A stretch of 64,000 nt of DNA, from the NCBI GenBank assembly GCA_013265495.1, contig MU058065.1, positions 6,324,302 to 6,388,301 of the forward strand, in the 5' to 3' direction. Below the pieces are notes generated by a model. The model made no database searches, was not told where the DNA came from, and was given only the letters and a program-made list of their open reading frames with translations. This DNA comes from Vicugna vicugna (Eukaryota). Below are positions 1-11,671 of this stretch, piece by piece (positions within the stretch are counted from its first letter, which is position 1; the number at the start of each line of letters is the position of its first letter). Position numbers and translations under genes: made by a program.

Positions 1-1244
1 CCTCACTGACACTCTGAGGGACGTCTCTCTCGCATCATGCAAGAGGGTTATTGGGGCCAGCAGCTCCCTGTGTGGGCATCCAGCTATCTCCCCAGAAGAG
101 AGGGATCTGCCTGCCCCACCCCTTCTCCCAAATCCCGGGGTGGGGGAGGAGTGGAGGGTAGAGAATCCAGCCAATGATATGGCGGTATGCAAATAGACAA
201 GACCTTGCCTTCTTAGGATTGGCTGATGCCCAGCGATATTGTCCAAGTCCCTCCTCTCTAAACACTGAGCTATTCTGGACGGGTCTTTGCTGCTCTCGAG
301 ACTGAGAAGGAAAAAAAGTTTAACGGGATCCGAATCTCTAAGCGGTAGGGGCCCGGCACCTACCTTCCCAGCCTCTGTCCACTCCGAAAGACTCAGAGTT
401 CCCTCAACCTTCGCTGCCCCAGTGTCTGCTCTAGCTAGGGCTAAATCAGGAGACCAGGTCTGGGAAGATGCTCCCATCCTTTGGCTCGCCAGGCCTCCCT
501 CCCTTCCACCAGGGCCCTCTACGGTTCCCAATACCTCCCGAGCTGCACATTTTTCATCCATGACCCCCACATCTGGGAGGGCCAGGCGCTTGGGTCCTTT
601 TCCTGCCTTTCCTCCTCGCTGCTCGGGGAGGAGAAAGTAAAGAAAGTCAAGGTTCTGACTCAGTTTCCCCTTTAAGTTCCCCTCCCGCCCCCACCTTCCA
701 TCCTGAAGGAGCCCACAAAGAAGCCGGTGGGTTTGTGGGCAAAGATGAGGCAGGGAACAGGCAGCTGTTTGACTCTTCCTGCCTGTGGTTTCCCACCTAG
801 TTTCTCTCTTTTCCCCAAATCCAGCCCCCCCCCACCCCGCCCTAATCCAGAGCCCTCCTCACACATTGTTTCCTAAAGACCTCAGACTACGGATCTTCCG
901 CCTGTCTCCCCGATAGCGCTTTCCTACCCTCCTGCCAATCCCTTGGTGACCTGGATTGAGCGATAACCTGGGGTAGGGGGTGGGACACCAGAGGAATACA
1001 ATAGAATACGCGGAGGGGTGGGGAGTAGTAGGCACGTCCAAATGGCAGTTCAGTGCCCCTGGCGGAGGCCGGCAGCAGCGGCACGCACCTCCCCTTCACC
1101 TCTTCAGCTGCCCGGGGGCTAGGCTCTGCGCGCAGGTAGATTCCGGAGGCAGCCGGAGGGCGGTTCCGAGCCCCGCAGTCGGTCCCGAGGTTCCCACCCT
1201 CGAGCTTCAGGAGACGCGCTGAGACAGCCAGACGCAGCACTCAC

Positions 1245-1324
1245 CACCACAGTCCGCCGACGTGCGCCGGACACAGGAGAAGCAGCAGCAGCAGCCCCAA
1301 GCGGGAAGGCGCGGGCGGCAGCAT
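1245..1324 (-). CDS. WNT6: Wnt family member 6, coding exon 1 (signal peptide); the gene continues off the left edge
   Basis: Minus strand reads ATG(1324) MLPPAPSRLGLLLLLLLCPAHVGGLW(W), then GTGAGT donor at 1244. This matches the WNT6 N-terminus; 80-nt phase-2 exon; syntenic with PRKAG3 and CYP27A1. Confidence 0.96.
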
Positions 1325-1444
1325 CGTGACAGCTCTAGGGCGGGCCGATGCGGGCATGAGGCGAGACTGCGGGGTCAACCGGTGCGCACGGGGACCCGGG
1401 CCTCAGGGCGAACGCGGCGCCGGCGGCGGCGGCCGGGAGGCCAG

Positions 1445-1489
1445 GGCTGCGGCGGCGGCAGCGGCGGCGGCGGCGGCGGCGGCGGCGGC
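1445..1489 (-). repeat. (GCC)n trinucleotide repeat in the WNT6 5' leader, about 15 units with 2 interruptions
   Basis: Plus strand ggctgcggcggcggcagcggcggcggcggcggcggcggcggcggc. Confidence 0.95.
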
Positions 1490-2355
1490 ACAGGGGGGCC
1501 ATGGGGGTGGCAGTTGCGACAGTCAGGCGGCGGGACTCTCGGGAGGGAGCCGTGCGCCCCGGGGCGGCGGGCGCGGAGCTCAGCAGAGGGCGGGAGCGAG
1601 ATCCCGGGGCGGGGCCCGAGCGCGCTCGTGGCTGCGGGACCCGCCTGCCTCGCCCCCTCACCTCGCCTCTCGAGGCTTGGGAGCCCCCCGCCACCGGAGT
1701 CGGGGGCAAGGAGGGGCGGGGAAGTAGGGTGGAGAAGGGTAAGCGGGGGAAGGAAGAGGAGCTGAGGAATGGGGGACGGGCTGGAAGGGAGACGTCTGAC
1801 AGGTTTGTTGACTGTAAAGAGAGAAAACTTCCCAGGAATGAGGGAGTTTGGGTTGGGGGGCGGTGCGAAGGGAGATGCTGGAGCGGGGGCCAGGAGAGGA
1901 AGTCCGCCTGGGACGCTGGGTGCTCCAGGTAGGGATGTGAACTCGATGGCCCAACAGACTATGGAGAAGTCACCTCTTACGGGACCGGCCTCCGCACAGC
2001 AGGCCCCTCTCCCAACCGTTCCTTTAGTACAGGAGGAAGCGCTAGGCCTCCACTCTGCTCCCCAGCCCTCGCCTCATCAAGCCCACGTTCGGGCGAGGGG
2101 GTGCGGAGGGGAAATTAGACAGCAAGAAGAAACTCTTTATGGTCTGCGATCAAGCACTCGCACGTGTTAGCGAGCAGAGTGGAGGTTGCAGACTTCCAAG
2201 AGCTTGAGGGGTCAGAATGCGCTGCACCTGGTACTCGTGGGTCCTTGGGTCCCTGTCTCACATTGCTCCCCCAACTTGGCTTGGGCCAGAAGGGGTGGGA
2301 GGGCCAGCTGCAGGTGAGATGGCGTTTATCTGATTCTCTAATGCCACAAAAATGT

Positions 2356-2398
2356 CTTTGATGCCCTTGGCCCCCTCCCCACGGAGGGAGATCAAAGG
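2356..2398. promoter_or_regulatory. Pair of oppositely oriented TCF/LEF motifs upstream of WNT6
   Basis: CTTTGAT at 2356-2362 and AGATCAAAGG at 2389-2398. Confidence 0.45.
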
Positions 2399-4440
2399 CC
2401 CCGTGGGGAGGAAGGACAGCTCCATTCATCACGCCAAGCGGGCTGGCAGAGAGCTGTAGTCCCTACTCCTCCCTCCGCCCCTGCGTGCCCCAGGGGTGTC
2501 GAGGGACAGGTGGTGCAGGACATTCCACAACAAGGGCCATTCTCCCTACCACCACTCTCTAGAGCGGCCATCAAACTGTAAGGGTGCCCTGGGATAGGGA
2601 GGACAGATGGAGGATCTCACATCCGTGTGGCAGAAACTTCAGGCGTTCAGAGGAAAGCTCCTGGTCTTCTGGAGTCAGGGAGGGATCTGAACTTGGGGAG
2701 TGAGGCCACTGCCAAGAGAGAGAAACACCCTGGTGAGCAGAGAGAAGGCAAGATTCTGAGTCCCCCAGGCAGTGGGGACAAGTGGATCAAGATAAGTGGG
2801 AATGCAGTAAAAGACCCTAGATGCCTACTCCAGGGGAGGAGGCCAATCTGGGAAAGGAAAGATGAGTAAGTAGAAAGGAGAAAAGAAATGGAGAAGCCTT
2901 GGCCTAGGCACGTAGGGAAACCCCTGGGTTTGCTGGGATCCTCACCCCTAGGCCCTGGTGTCCAGGTTGTATAAGTCTAATCCCTTGTACTGGGTACAGA
3001 AAGTTCTGGTGAGGGTGCTGGAGCACTCTAAAGAAGGGGGCTAGTGGCTGACGGAGATAGCCAGGGGGCATGGCCGGAGTGCTGCCCCTCCCATTTTAGA
3101 CTTTAACAGCATCCAGATGCCACACACAGCCCCTGTACCTATGAATTTTGTATACAGTTGCTGTTTCTGCAGGGCAATGCCAACCCCAGATCCTACACTC
3201 AAAGACATACCCAGGTTGGGCACACACTTAGGCCAGATGGTGCACTGAACAGGCTGCTGGAGGGCTCTGGGGGGTCCCTGGAGGCTGCAGGTGGCCAGTG
3301 ACCAGCCCCCAGGGAACCATTGCCTGGGTTCCAAATCCTCTCCCCCCCAGCCCCCACCTTGCTACTGTTATTACAGATTATGAAATGCTCTCCCTATCCT
3401 GCATTCTTCTCCGAGGCAAGAATTTTAATGTATTTGTCTTTGTCATCAGGGGACCAGGGCTCTGGGACCGCCCTGCCTCTGCCTGAGGAGGGAGCGCCCC
3501 AAATCTAGTCCCTGCTGCCTCCAGACCCCAGCTTCTCTCCATTCCCACCCTCTCATGCCCTAGCCCTGCTCCTCACCTCCCCCTCCTAATACTCGGTCTC
3601 TCTGTGGGGTGGATAAAAATGATGTTATTGAAACAACAGAATTGGGAGCAGTGGCAGGGAGCAGGGATCAGCTCAGGAAACTGGGGAGTTTGCCAAGAAG
3701 CCTTCTCCCCCGCAGGCGGCCTTTCTGCCCCCACCCCCCACCTTTCCTACAAACACACACAGAACGCCCCACCCCTCCTGCAGTCCTCTCTCTGGCCAGA
3801 CCTTGCAGAATATTTGGCCATCCCTATCCTCCCCAAGCCCTCTTTCTGCACACCCCCACCCCACCCCAGTGCACCCCAGAGTCCCAGTCCATAATCAGCT
3901 GGCCCAGTAGTGCCTGCAGAAGCACTGCGGTAGGGGAGGGGTGGGCTGCAGTCTGTGATGGGCAGGTCTCCTGAAGCCCCAATTCCCAGGGCCTCTGTTC
4001 CAAGGGCAACCTTGTTCCTGGCCTCATGCCTTTTGCCTTCTCTGCACCCCCATCTAGAGGTTGGCTGGCATCTGGGCGGAGCCAGAGCAATGACTTCTGC
4101 CCTTAAGCCCTCAAACTTTCAGAGAGATGAGTTCAGGTGTTCCTGAGGCTTCCATCCACCACTGTCATGTTAGAAGATCCTCCATGCAGCAGGGCTGGGA
4201 AACCAGGAGATGGAGGCAGGGGCACACAAAGACAGATCAAGGTGCATGCACACACATGCACACCCACACACACCCACAGCTGGACACAGGCTTCCAGATA
4301 ACCCCATAGGAACCACAGGACACCTCGCCTCTCCTAAACAATGCTTGGTAACTTTCACCCACAGGTATGAATGGACACATAGATGGGCTGGCTCAGGCTG
4401 AGACACATGTCTGCTTCCCTGGAGATCACATGCATGCATA

Positions 4441-4443
<3 letters not shown>

Positions 4444-4477
<34 letters not shown>

Positions 4478-4484
4478 ACACACA
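4444..4484. repeat. (CA)n microsatellite
   Basis: acacacac... run with one TA interruption. Confidence 0.95.
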
Positions 4485-5899
4485 CTTACCACCTCTGCAC
4501 TGGCATTCATACAGAGGAGCATTCACAAGAGATGGGAAGGGGAACATAGCAGCCCAGAATGAATGGAGTGGTGCCACCCCAATCCCTCTCTCTCTGTCCC
4601 CTAAGTCCCCTCCACCTCTTCCCCCATCTCTCTGCCTTAAGTCTAGGTCGTGGTGCAAAAGAGAGACGGGGAAGGAGAGACAGGGGTGTCTGGCTGCGGG
4701 GTTGGGGAGGAAGGAGGGGCAGAGGTGGGGACTGTGGAGGCGGAGAGAGGCAGCTGGAGACAGATAACATCAGAATCGCTGCAGGGGAAAGCAGAGTCCT
4801 CTGTCTGTCTCTCTCACACTGTATTTCTGTGTGTCTTTTCCAGTTTCTCCCATCTCCATAATTCGGTCTCTATTTGGTGTGTGTCTCTAAATCACTTTCT
4901 CTGTTTCTTTGTTTCTCAGAATGACTGAAGCTGCAGGAGCCCAGGAATTTGGGCCTGTGACCCTTCCCCTCCCAGTCACCTCCCTCTCTCTCTTCCTCCC
5001 CACCGTTCTCCCTCCCTCCCTCTCTCCTTCCCCAGCAATGGGACCTCACTCTCATTCCTTTAGGGTGGTGACTGGAGTTGAGAATTCCTAAGGGCCTTGG
5101 GTCTCTGGGCCCCAGGAGAACAGAGAGAGGAAAGGCCAGCCCTCTAGAGAGATGGAGGAAAGGAAAAAGATAGAAAAAAGAGAAAATCACTTTCCTCTCC
5201 CTTCTGAATCCTGGATCGCTATACTCCAGCCTTTCCCAGCCCACGTGAATTCATAAGAGTGTGCCTTTCCAGACCAGGGCAGGAACTCTGACTCCTAGCT
5301 TTAGACAGTCTTTCCCTGCCTTGCAGGTCAAGTTTTCCCTGAGACTCCCTCTGGGACTTTATCCAAAGGAACCCCCAACCCCAGGCTCTGGTTCCCTACA
5401 GAGCCCACCTGCCTCACATCTTCCACATCTCTCAGCCCTATCTATGCCCCCAGCCTTTCCATCACCCTATCAGTCAAAGGGAGAAAGAACCCTAAAGGAG
5501 CTGGAGACAGAGGGGAAGAGGGAAGCAAGGGATGAGCAGGAGGCGCTGCTGCTCGCCCACTAGGACAGGGCTGGGGAGAAGCCAGGAACATTTGTTTCCA
5601 CTTAGCTCAGCCCCAGTGGCCCCTAATGGGAGTGGTTGGACCCAGGAGCCTCTCTAGCCATCCCCATCCAGCCTGGCTCCTGCATTAGAGAGTGTGGGGT
5701 GGGCAGAAGAACCCTGGCATGGCCCCATCCTCTTCTCAGTGCTCCATCCTTCTCCAGGTGACACCACCTATTTCCCACTGCTTCAGCCCTTACCTCTCAG
5801 GGAATCCACCCTCCTCAATCCAGGTCTCCAGACCCAGACTTTCTCCTAATTGTGTTGGTGTCTGCTGGCTCTCTCTCCCTGGACAGCAGTCAGTAAACT

Positions 5900-7600
5900 T
5901 CTAATCAAACACATACTATGTGCCAGGCACCCAACTCGATAGTGAAGAGACAATGGTGAGCTAAAGCAAACATCACCCTCACCCTTATAGAGCTGATAGT
6001 CATTAATCACATCATCTCACAAACAAATGGAAAATCACAGCCTTGACCTGTGCTTCAGAAGAGAATGGAGGGCCCTGTAAGAGGCTCAGGCAGGAGGATT
6101 GACCAAGTCAGGGAAGGCAGAGAGGGCACCTCTGAGGAGACAATGCTCCAAGTGAGATACAAAAATAAGTTGGTATTAACTGGGAGACAAAAGAGTGTGA
6201 ATAACATTTGTAGCAGTGGGACCAGCCTTGTAAAAACCTTGCAAGGATGTGGAAAAGTCACAGGGATGGTGGGTAGAGGAGCCACCCAATCAAGGTTAGC
6301 TTGGGGTTGACGAGAGGGTGGAAGGCAGCCTGGTGGGAGATGAGGCTGGAGAGACTGAGGGGGAGGGGCAGGGATCAGACCAAGTAAAGACTTAAGGGCA
6401 TGGGAGGGAAGTTTTTTCTTATTTTAAAATCAATGCGGATTCTATAAATATAGACAAATATACTGCAAGAAGGAAGAAAAAAGAGAGGAACTTCTAGATT
6501 AAAAGAAAACTAATAGACATGTAAACAAAAAACAAAACAGGCAAAATGTTTAGGAATGCATGCTTGGATGACAGAGAAACATCAGTGGATGCTACCATAA
6601 CAGTCAGTTCTCGTAGTTGCTGGGAGGGTGGGGGAAGGAGGTAGTTCTATTGTAAGGAGCACAAGGAGTGGGATGGCTGACAAGGTTCTGCCTCCTCTCA
6701 TGGCAGTTGGTTTCAAGAGTGTTCAATTGTACATTTGTTCCATGCTCTTTTCTGTATTCACCTTAATAAAAAGTTTTTTTTTAAGGCATTGGGAAGCCAT
6801 TGCAGAGATTTCTGGGACACTAGAGTGACACGGTCAGTTGTACATTGCGAAAAGGTGGCTCTGGCCACAGTATGAAGAGTGGTTTGGGGAGGAGCCAGAG
6901 TGGAAGTAGGAAGATTGGTTAGGAGCCTCCGCAGTGACCCAGGTGAAAAGCCATTGGAGTTTCCACCTGCATGGATGGCAGAGGCGAAGAAAGAGGACAA
7001 TGCTGATTGCTGTGGAGGAATTAGGGTCAAGTGGGCTCAGGGAGAGGCTGGAAACAGGGCGAGAAAGAGGGAGGTGGCAAGGGTGCCTCTGAAATTTTTA
7101 AGTGACCCAACAGGGTGAATGATGGTGTGTCCACTCAGCTCAGGAACGCCGGAAAAGGACCAGCATTAGGCGAGGTTGGGTGGGGGAGTTTTTTGGGACT
7201 TGAATTAAAGATGCTTCTGAAACAGTCATAAGGAGCTGTTGAGGAAGCAGTTGGATATATGGGTCTGGAGCTCAGAGGGGAGACAGGGCTGAGTCACCCT
7301 GGTGTAGGGTGTAATTAAGCCAATAACAGGCCAAGATCGCCCAGGGGAGAGTGCATGGTGAGAGCAGACTCGATGAAGATGTTTCATGGCTGGATGAAGG
7401 GGAAGAGGTTGCAAAGGAGACTGAGAAGGGGCCACAGAGGCAGGAGAGGGAAAAGAGCGTTGTGGTTTCACAGAAGCCAAGGAAAGAGAGCACGTCCAGA
7501 AGAGGGCAGTGGGCTACCGCATCAACCGCTTGAGAGTCAGTCAGGTGGGGAGGAGGATGTATCCACAGAACACATGCCAAATCAGTTGAACCTCAGGCTA
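5900..7600. mobile_element. Old L2 LINE fragments interrupted by an L1M-type 3' fragment (about 6420-6780)
   Basis: L2-like phrases (actatgtgccaggcac, gagatgaggctggaga, ggcagttggatatatgggtctggagctcag). Recognised by eye. Confidence 0.6.
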
Positions 7601-8284
7601 CTTTGCTAGACAGCAAGGACAACCCCGCCATCTGATTGCTGTAACACTTTCATCAGCACACTTCTTATGAAACCAAGTCCATGGTTCTTGGTATGGCACT
7701 CAGGCCCCGCCACAGTTCGGCTCTTTGTGGGCCTTCCCAGCCTCATCTAGGTGGTCTGTACCAGAGCCCCAGGCTCTCAGTGGCTCTTCATCAGACCCCC
7801 AACCTGTCCCCCATTCCCTCCCCTCCACACTCTGCTCACCTGGCCCAGCTCAGCCCCAACTTCCTCCAGGACCCCACATGCCTGTAGTTGGAGACAAGCT
7901 CTCCAATTCCCAATAGCTCAGAGTACTTTGAGCCTTTTTATGGGAAGCACAGCATTTAGAGTTGATTTTTTTTCTTTATGTCTTTGCTTCACTTGCTTAT
8001 GAGTTTTTGGAGGGTGTGATCTATGTTTGGCCTGCAGTGGACACTTCATAAACTTAGGTTCTGTTGAACTTCAAGAGGGTGATAGATGCGCTGCGGGCCA
8101 GAACAAGGAAGACTTAGCAGGTAGGGTGTCACCTCCTCAGCAAAACCAGGTCTTCTGAACTCAGGTGGGAAACTGGGGCTCCAGGGGAGATCAGGGGATT
8201 TCTTAACACGCCCCTCCTGGTGCGTACACGCAGCCCACCACTAACAGCACCATCCTTCTCAGGGAACCTAAGCGCAGAGTCACA

Positions 8285-8298
8285 GCGCCATCTCCTGG
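8285..8298 (-). promoter_or_regulatory. CTCF motif (reverse orientation)
   Basis: Reverse complement CCAGGAGATGGCGC, 13/14 match to CCASYAGRKGGCRS, in a small CpG-containing patch. Confidence 0.6.
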
Positions 8299-9479
8299 AA
8301 AGATAAGACACTGCTCCTTAAGAGAAATTATTTGAAAGGCCTCCATAACAGAGAACCACAAATTAAAAATTAGAACCAGGAAGAACGCCAAGCTGCTAAA
8401 TTAACAACAAAATTTTAGAAAAGTGTAAAACTCAAAACTGGCAGAAGTGTAGAGAAACCCTTGCGCATTGCTGGTGGCGCTAAACATTTGACCACACTTT
8501 CTGGAGGGCATACTGACAAAACTTTGCATGATTTTACCCCTGGGATGATATCCAGTGCAAGTTACCGAAGAGGAAAAAAGAACTTACTTTGTGTATTCAA
8601 ATGTAATTATAAACACATTCTTCTATATTAGTGAAGACACTTATGCAATACGTAGCTAGCAATAAGGTATAGTTAAACCAAGTATGATCTGACCAGACAA
8701 TAAAATAACAAATACATTCATTTTATTGAAACAAGGAACTATCTCTAAAAAATAATACCAAGTGACAAAAAAAATCAAAAATGAAATTTTCATAACAAAT
8801 TCTATGAATTAGAAACAGTGGGTGCAGCAACAAGGATCAGAAGAGGATTTTAAAACCTTATGAGTAGTTGATGTTATACAGTGGTTAAAAAGCATTTCAG
8901 TTTTTTGTTTATTTACCCTTTGGCTGAAACTTGTCTTTTATTATAGAAGCTTCAGCTATTCCGTGAAAAGAAATCAAATAAAGAGAAAACTGATTAGGAA
9001 AATGTCCAAAGCTGATGGGGCTGGGGGCTGAGGAATAGCTCTTGGGGAGAGCCAGGGTCAGAGACATCCCCTGAGGCTTTTCCCCAAAACTTTTTGCCTC
9101 CTAGCACAAGGTCTCACACATAATATGTGCTCAATAAATGTCTGTGGGTCACTAAATAGAATGAGGCAGAGCCTGAAATATCTGCCATTTCCTCAACAGC
9201 ATTCTTCTCTCAAGAAGCCTCCCTCAGTTGCCCCTCAGCCCTATGTCTTTAAGTGATTTGCTCTGGTTCTATGAGGGCCAGATCATGAAGTGAGGCTGTC
9301 ACCGAACCCCACTGCCTGACTTTCCTTCTGACTTCAGTGCTTCCCCCAAAATGAATCTAGGACTGGCCAGAAGGTAGGTCGGGATGAGCTGGACAATACT
9401 CCCATTTGGTTTCATATTCAACCTGCTTTCATCAGAACTGGCAGCCTGCCTTCTTTGTCCTGGATGTGTAAAATGGATA

Positions 9480-9900
9480 CATTAGAGATTGGATTCTCCA
9501 GAAGCAGATGGAGTTTGGAGTGAGATGGAGTTTGGGGTGCAAGAGGTTTATTTGGAATCAGCATCTGTGAAAGGGAGGGGATGGAAGCAGCATTGGGCAG
9601 GGGCAGGAATGGAGCTGATGCAGGTTTGACAAAGCCTCTTTTGACTCAGGAGCCTTAAGCCCTAGAGAGAGTCTTGCCCACCACAGCGTCCTTCACTGGA
9701 TTAAAGTGATCAGGCCTTTACAGTCTACTTTACTCAGCCACCAGACATGCAGGCAGCCCCAAGAAGGGAAGAACTGGTTCTCTGCAGCTGCCCTTCAAGG
9801 AGCAGACAGCTAGAAACTGCTGACCTCACTCCCCATAGATACGCAGCAAGTCCTCCCATGAAAAGGAAACTTGGTACATCTCATCCCCATGTTTACCGTG
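9480..9900 (-). mobile_element. ERVL solo LTR (LTR16-like)
   Basis: gagatggagtttggggtgcaagaggtttatttggaatcagcatctgtgaaagggagggg resembles antisense LTR16A. Family call by recall. Confidence 0.55.
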
Positions 9901-11338
9901 GGACATTTGGCAGATCAGGAAACTGAGGCCAAGGTCATAGTCATTGAGCTGTAGATCTATGAGTCCAACTTGTGCTTCTGCCTGCACCCTTTTACCCCCA
10001 CCCTCCTATCCAATAGTGATCAGCACTACCCCAGGAGAAAGCCCCAAGCAGAGCCACCCCATCAAGAAGGGGTCTCATGGAGAAAATGTTACCGGATGGC
10101 CTGTAAGTGATCAGAAGAGGCCACAAGGTCAGTGACGTTCCCTATGGCATCAGAAAAGCAGGGCCCAGAATGCCTCTCTTACCCACTCCATCTCCTCCCC
10201 TCTGCCACCACCCCCGGGGACTTACGGCCCACATCTTCTCTGATTGTCCTTTATTCCTACATGCCAGGATGTTGCCCCTTGTCCATGCCTCTATCACATA
10301 TGGCCTACCACACTGTGTTCATATGTCCGCTGTCTACCTCCCCCCTGCACAGTGAGACCCTCTATAGCACAGACGCTGCCCTGGCATTATCTCCTAACTA
10401 TAGCTCTGCATCATTTTACTTTAATTTCAAAAGATAAGCAAGTTCATAACAGTTGGCTTTGGAAGTAGGTTGTGATCAAATTCAGCTCAATCATTTGCCA
10501 CGTGTGGGATCTTGGGCAAGTAACTAGCCTGTCTGTGCCTTGATTTCCCATTATAGATAATACCGACCCCCATAGAGCTGTAATGGGGATTGACTAACAT
10601 AGTGAAGACACAGAGCAAGGTCAGTACGTGAAAGATATCAGGTTCTCATTCCCTAGTAATGGTGGTTTTTTAAGTGACGAGTTCAGAGTGAGGACCAAGT
10701 CTTCTTGCACTGGACTCAAAGATATATTCTTAGGGAGTCAGATGCATCTACAGGTCATCACCCAGGGGAAGGTGATGCATTTCCTTAGAACTTTAAGTTT
10801 AAATTGAGACAATTTAAAGAAAAATATTAAGCAAATTATAGTCTAGGTGGCACATGGATATGGCAAAATCCATGAAGGAGGCTGCAAATGGTGGTGTTTA
10901 GGGAAGCACAGCTTATGCCTAGGGCACTATTAAACCAATCCGCTCTCTGACGGGAGAAATAGGGGCAACCCAAGGAGGGCAGTAGGGCCACAGCCCCAGA
11001 GCATAGCAGCGGGCAAGTCCAGCTGAAAATCAGCTCCTTCCAGTCCAGAGGTCCCCTGCCTGACGTTGAGTTCTGGCAAGCTCCTGGGATTATGTGGGAA
11101 GGCAGATTCCCCGAGCCTGGGAGTCCTGTCTGAATCTCCTGTCTTCTTCATTCTTTCCAACGATGGTGAAGAGTCAGAAGGCCTAAGTTCTGGTTCCGAG
11201 GAGCTTTCTGTTCTTGAGCAAGTCATCGCCCCACTTGCTGCCTCCGTTTCCCCATATGACTTTGGGAATGGGAATGAATGAGCGGTAAGTTCAGTGTAGG
11301 TCCGGCTGTCCTTTAACGAGTGTGGTGAGTCCTCGACG

Positions 11339-11406
11339 CCAGCAGAGGGCGCCAGACCCTAAGGAACAGATTCAAGGCACCCTTAGGACCATCCAGTAGA
11401 GGGCGG
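11339..11406 (+). promoter_or_regulatory. Two tandem forward CTCF motifs
   Basis: CCAGCAGAGGGCGC (11339-11352) and CCAGTAGAGGGCGG (11393-11406) both match CCASYAGRKGGCRS fully. Confidence 0.7.
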
Positions 11407-11630
11407 AGAGAGTCACAGTCGGACAGGAAGAGTGACAGTTTCCAACCGAGATGGGGTATCCAGGGGACTGACTGGAGGGGCTGGGCTGCTCGGGGGAAAA
11501 AGAGCTCTGTGTGGGGACAGGGCGAGAGGTGCCCCAGACTGGCTCTGGGCAGGGCACTGGTTGGTATTCGAAAGTAACATTCCATTCCAGCACTGCTTTC
11601 TCTTGGGAGCCTCCATCACTGATCTCTCAT

Positions 11631-11671
11631 TCTCTCTCTCTGTCAGTCTTTCTCTCTCTCTCTCTCTCTCT
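11631..11671. repeat. (CT)n microsatellite
   Basis: Interrupted tctctc run. Confidence 0.9.

Larger units (their letters stand above)
1000..1720 (-). promoter_or_regulatory. WNT6: WNT6 CpG island, promoter and 5'UTR
   Basis: Very high GC and CpG density around exon 1; GC boxes (GGGGCGGGG near 1606 and 1712). Boundaries approximate. Confidence 0.85.

Noticed and set aside
1262..1932. Plus-strand poly-Gly, poly-Ala and poly-Gln ORFs over the CpG island
   Set aside because: Expected in stop-poor GC-rich repeat DNA antisense to WNT6; no recognisable homology.
8466..8480. Extra CTCF-like motifs (TTGCTGGTGGCGC; also near 1052, 8208 and 63882)
   Set aside because: Several core mismatches or wrong spacing.
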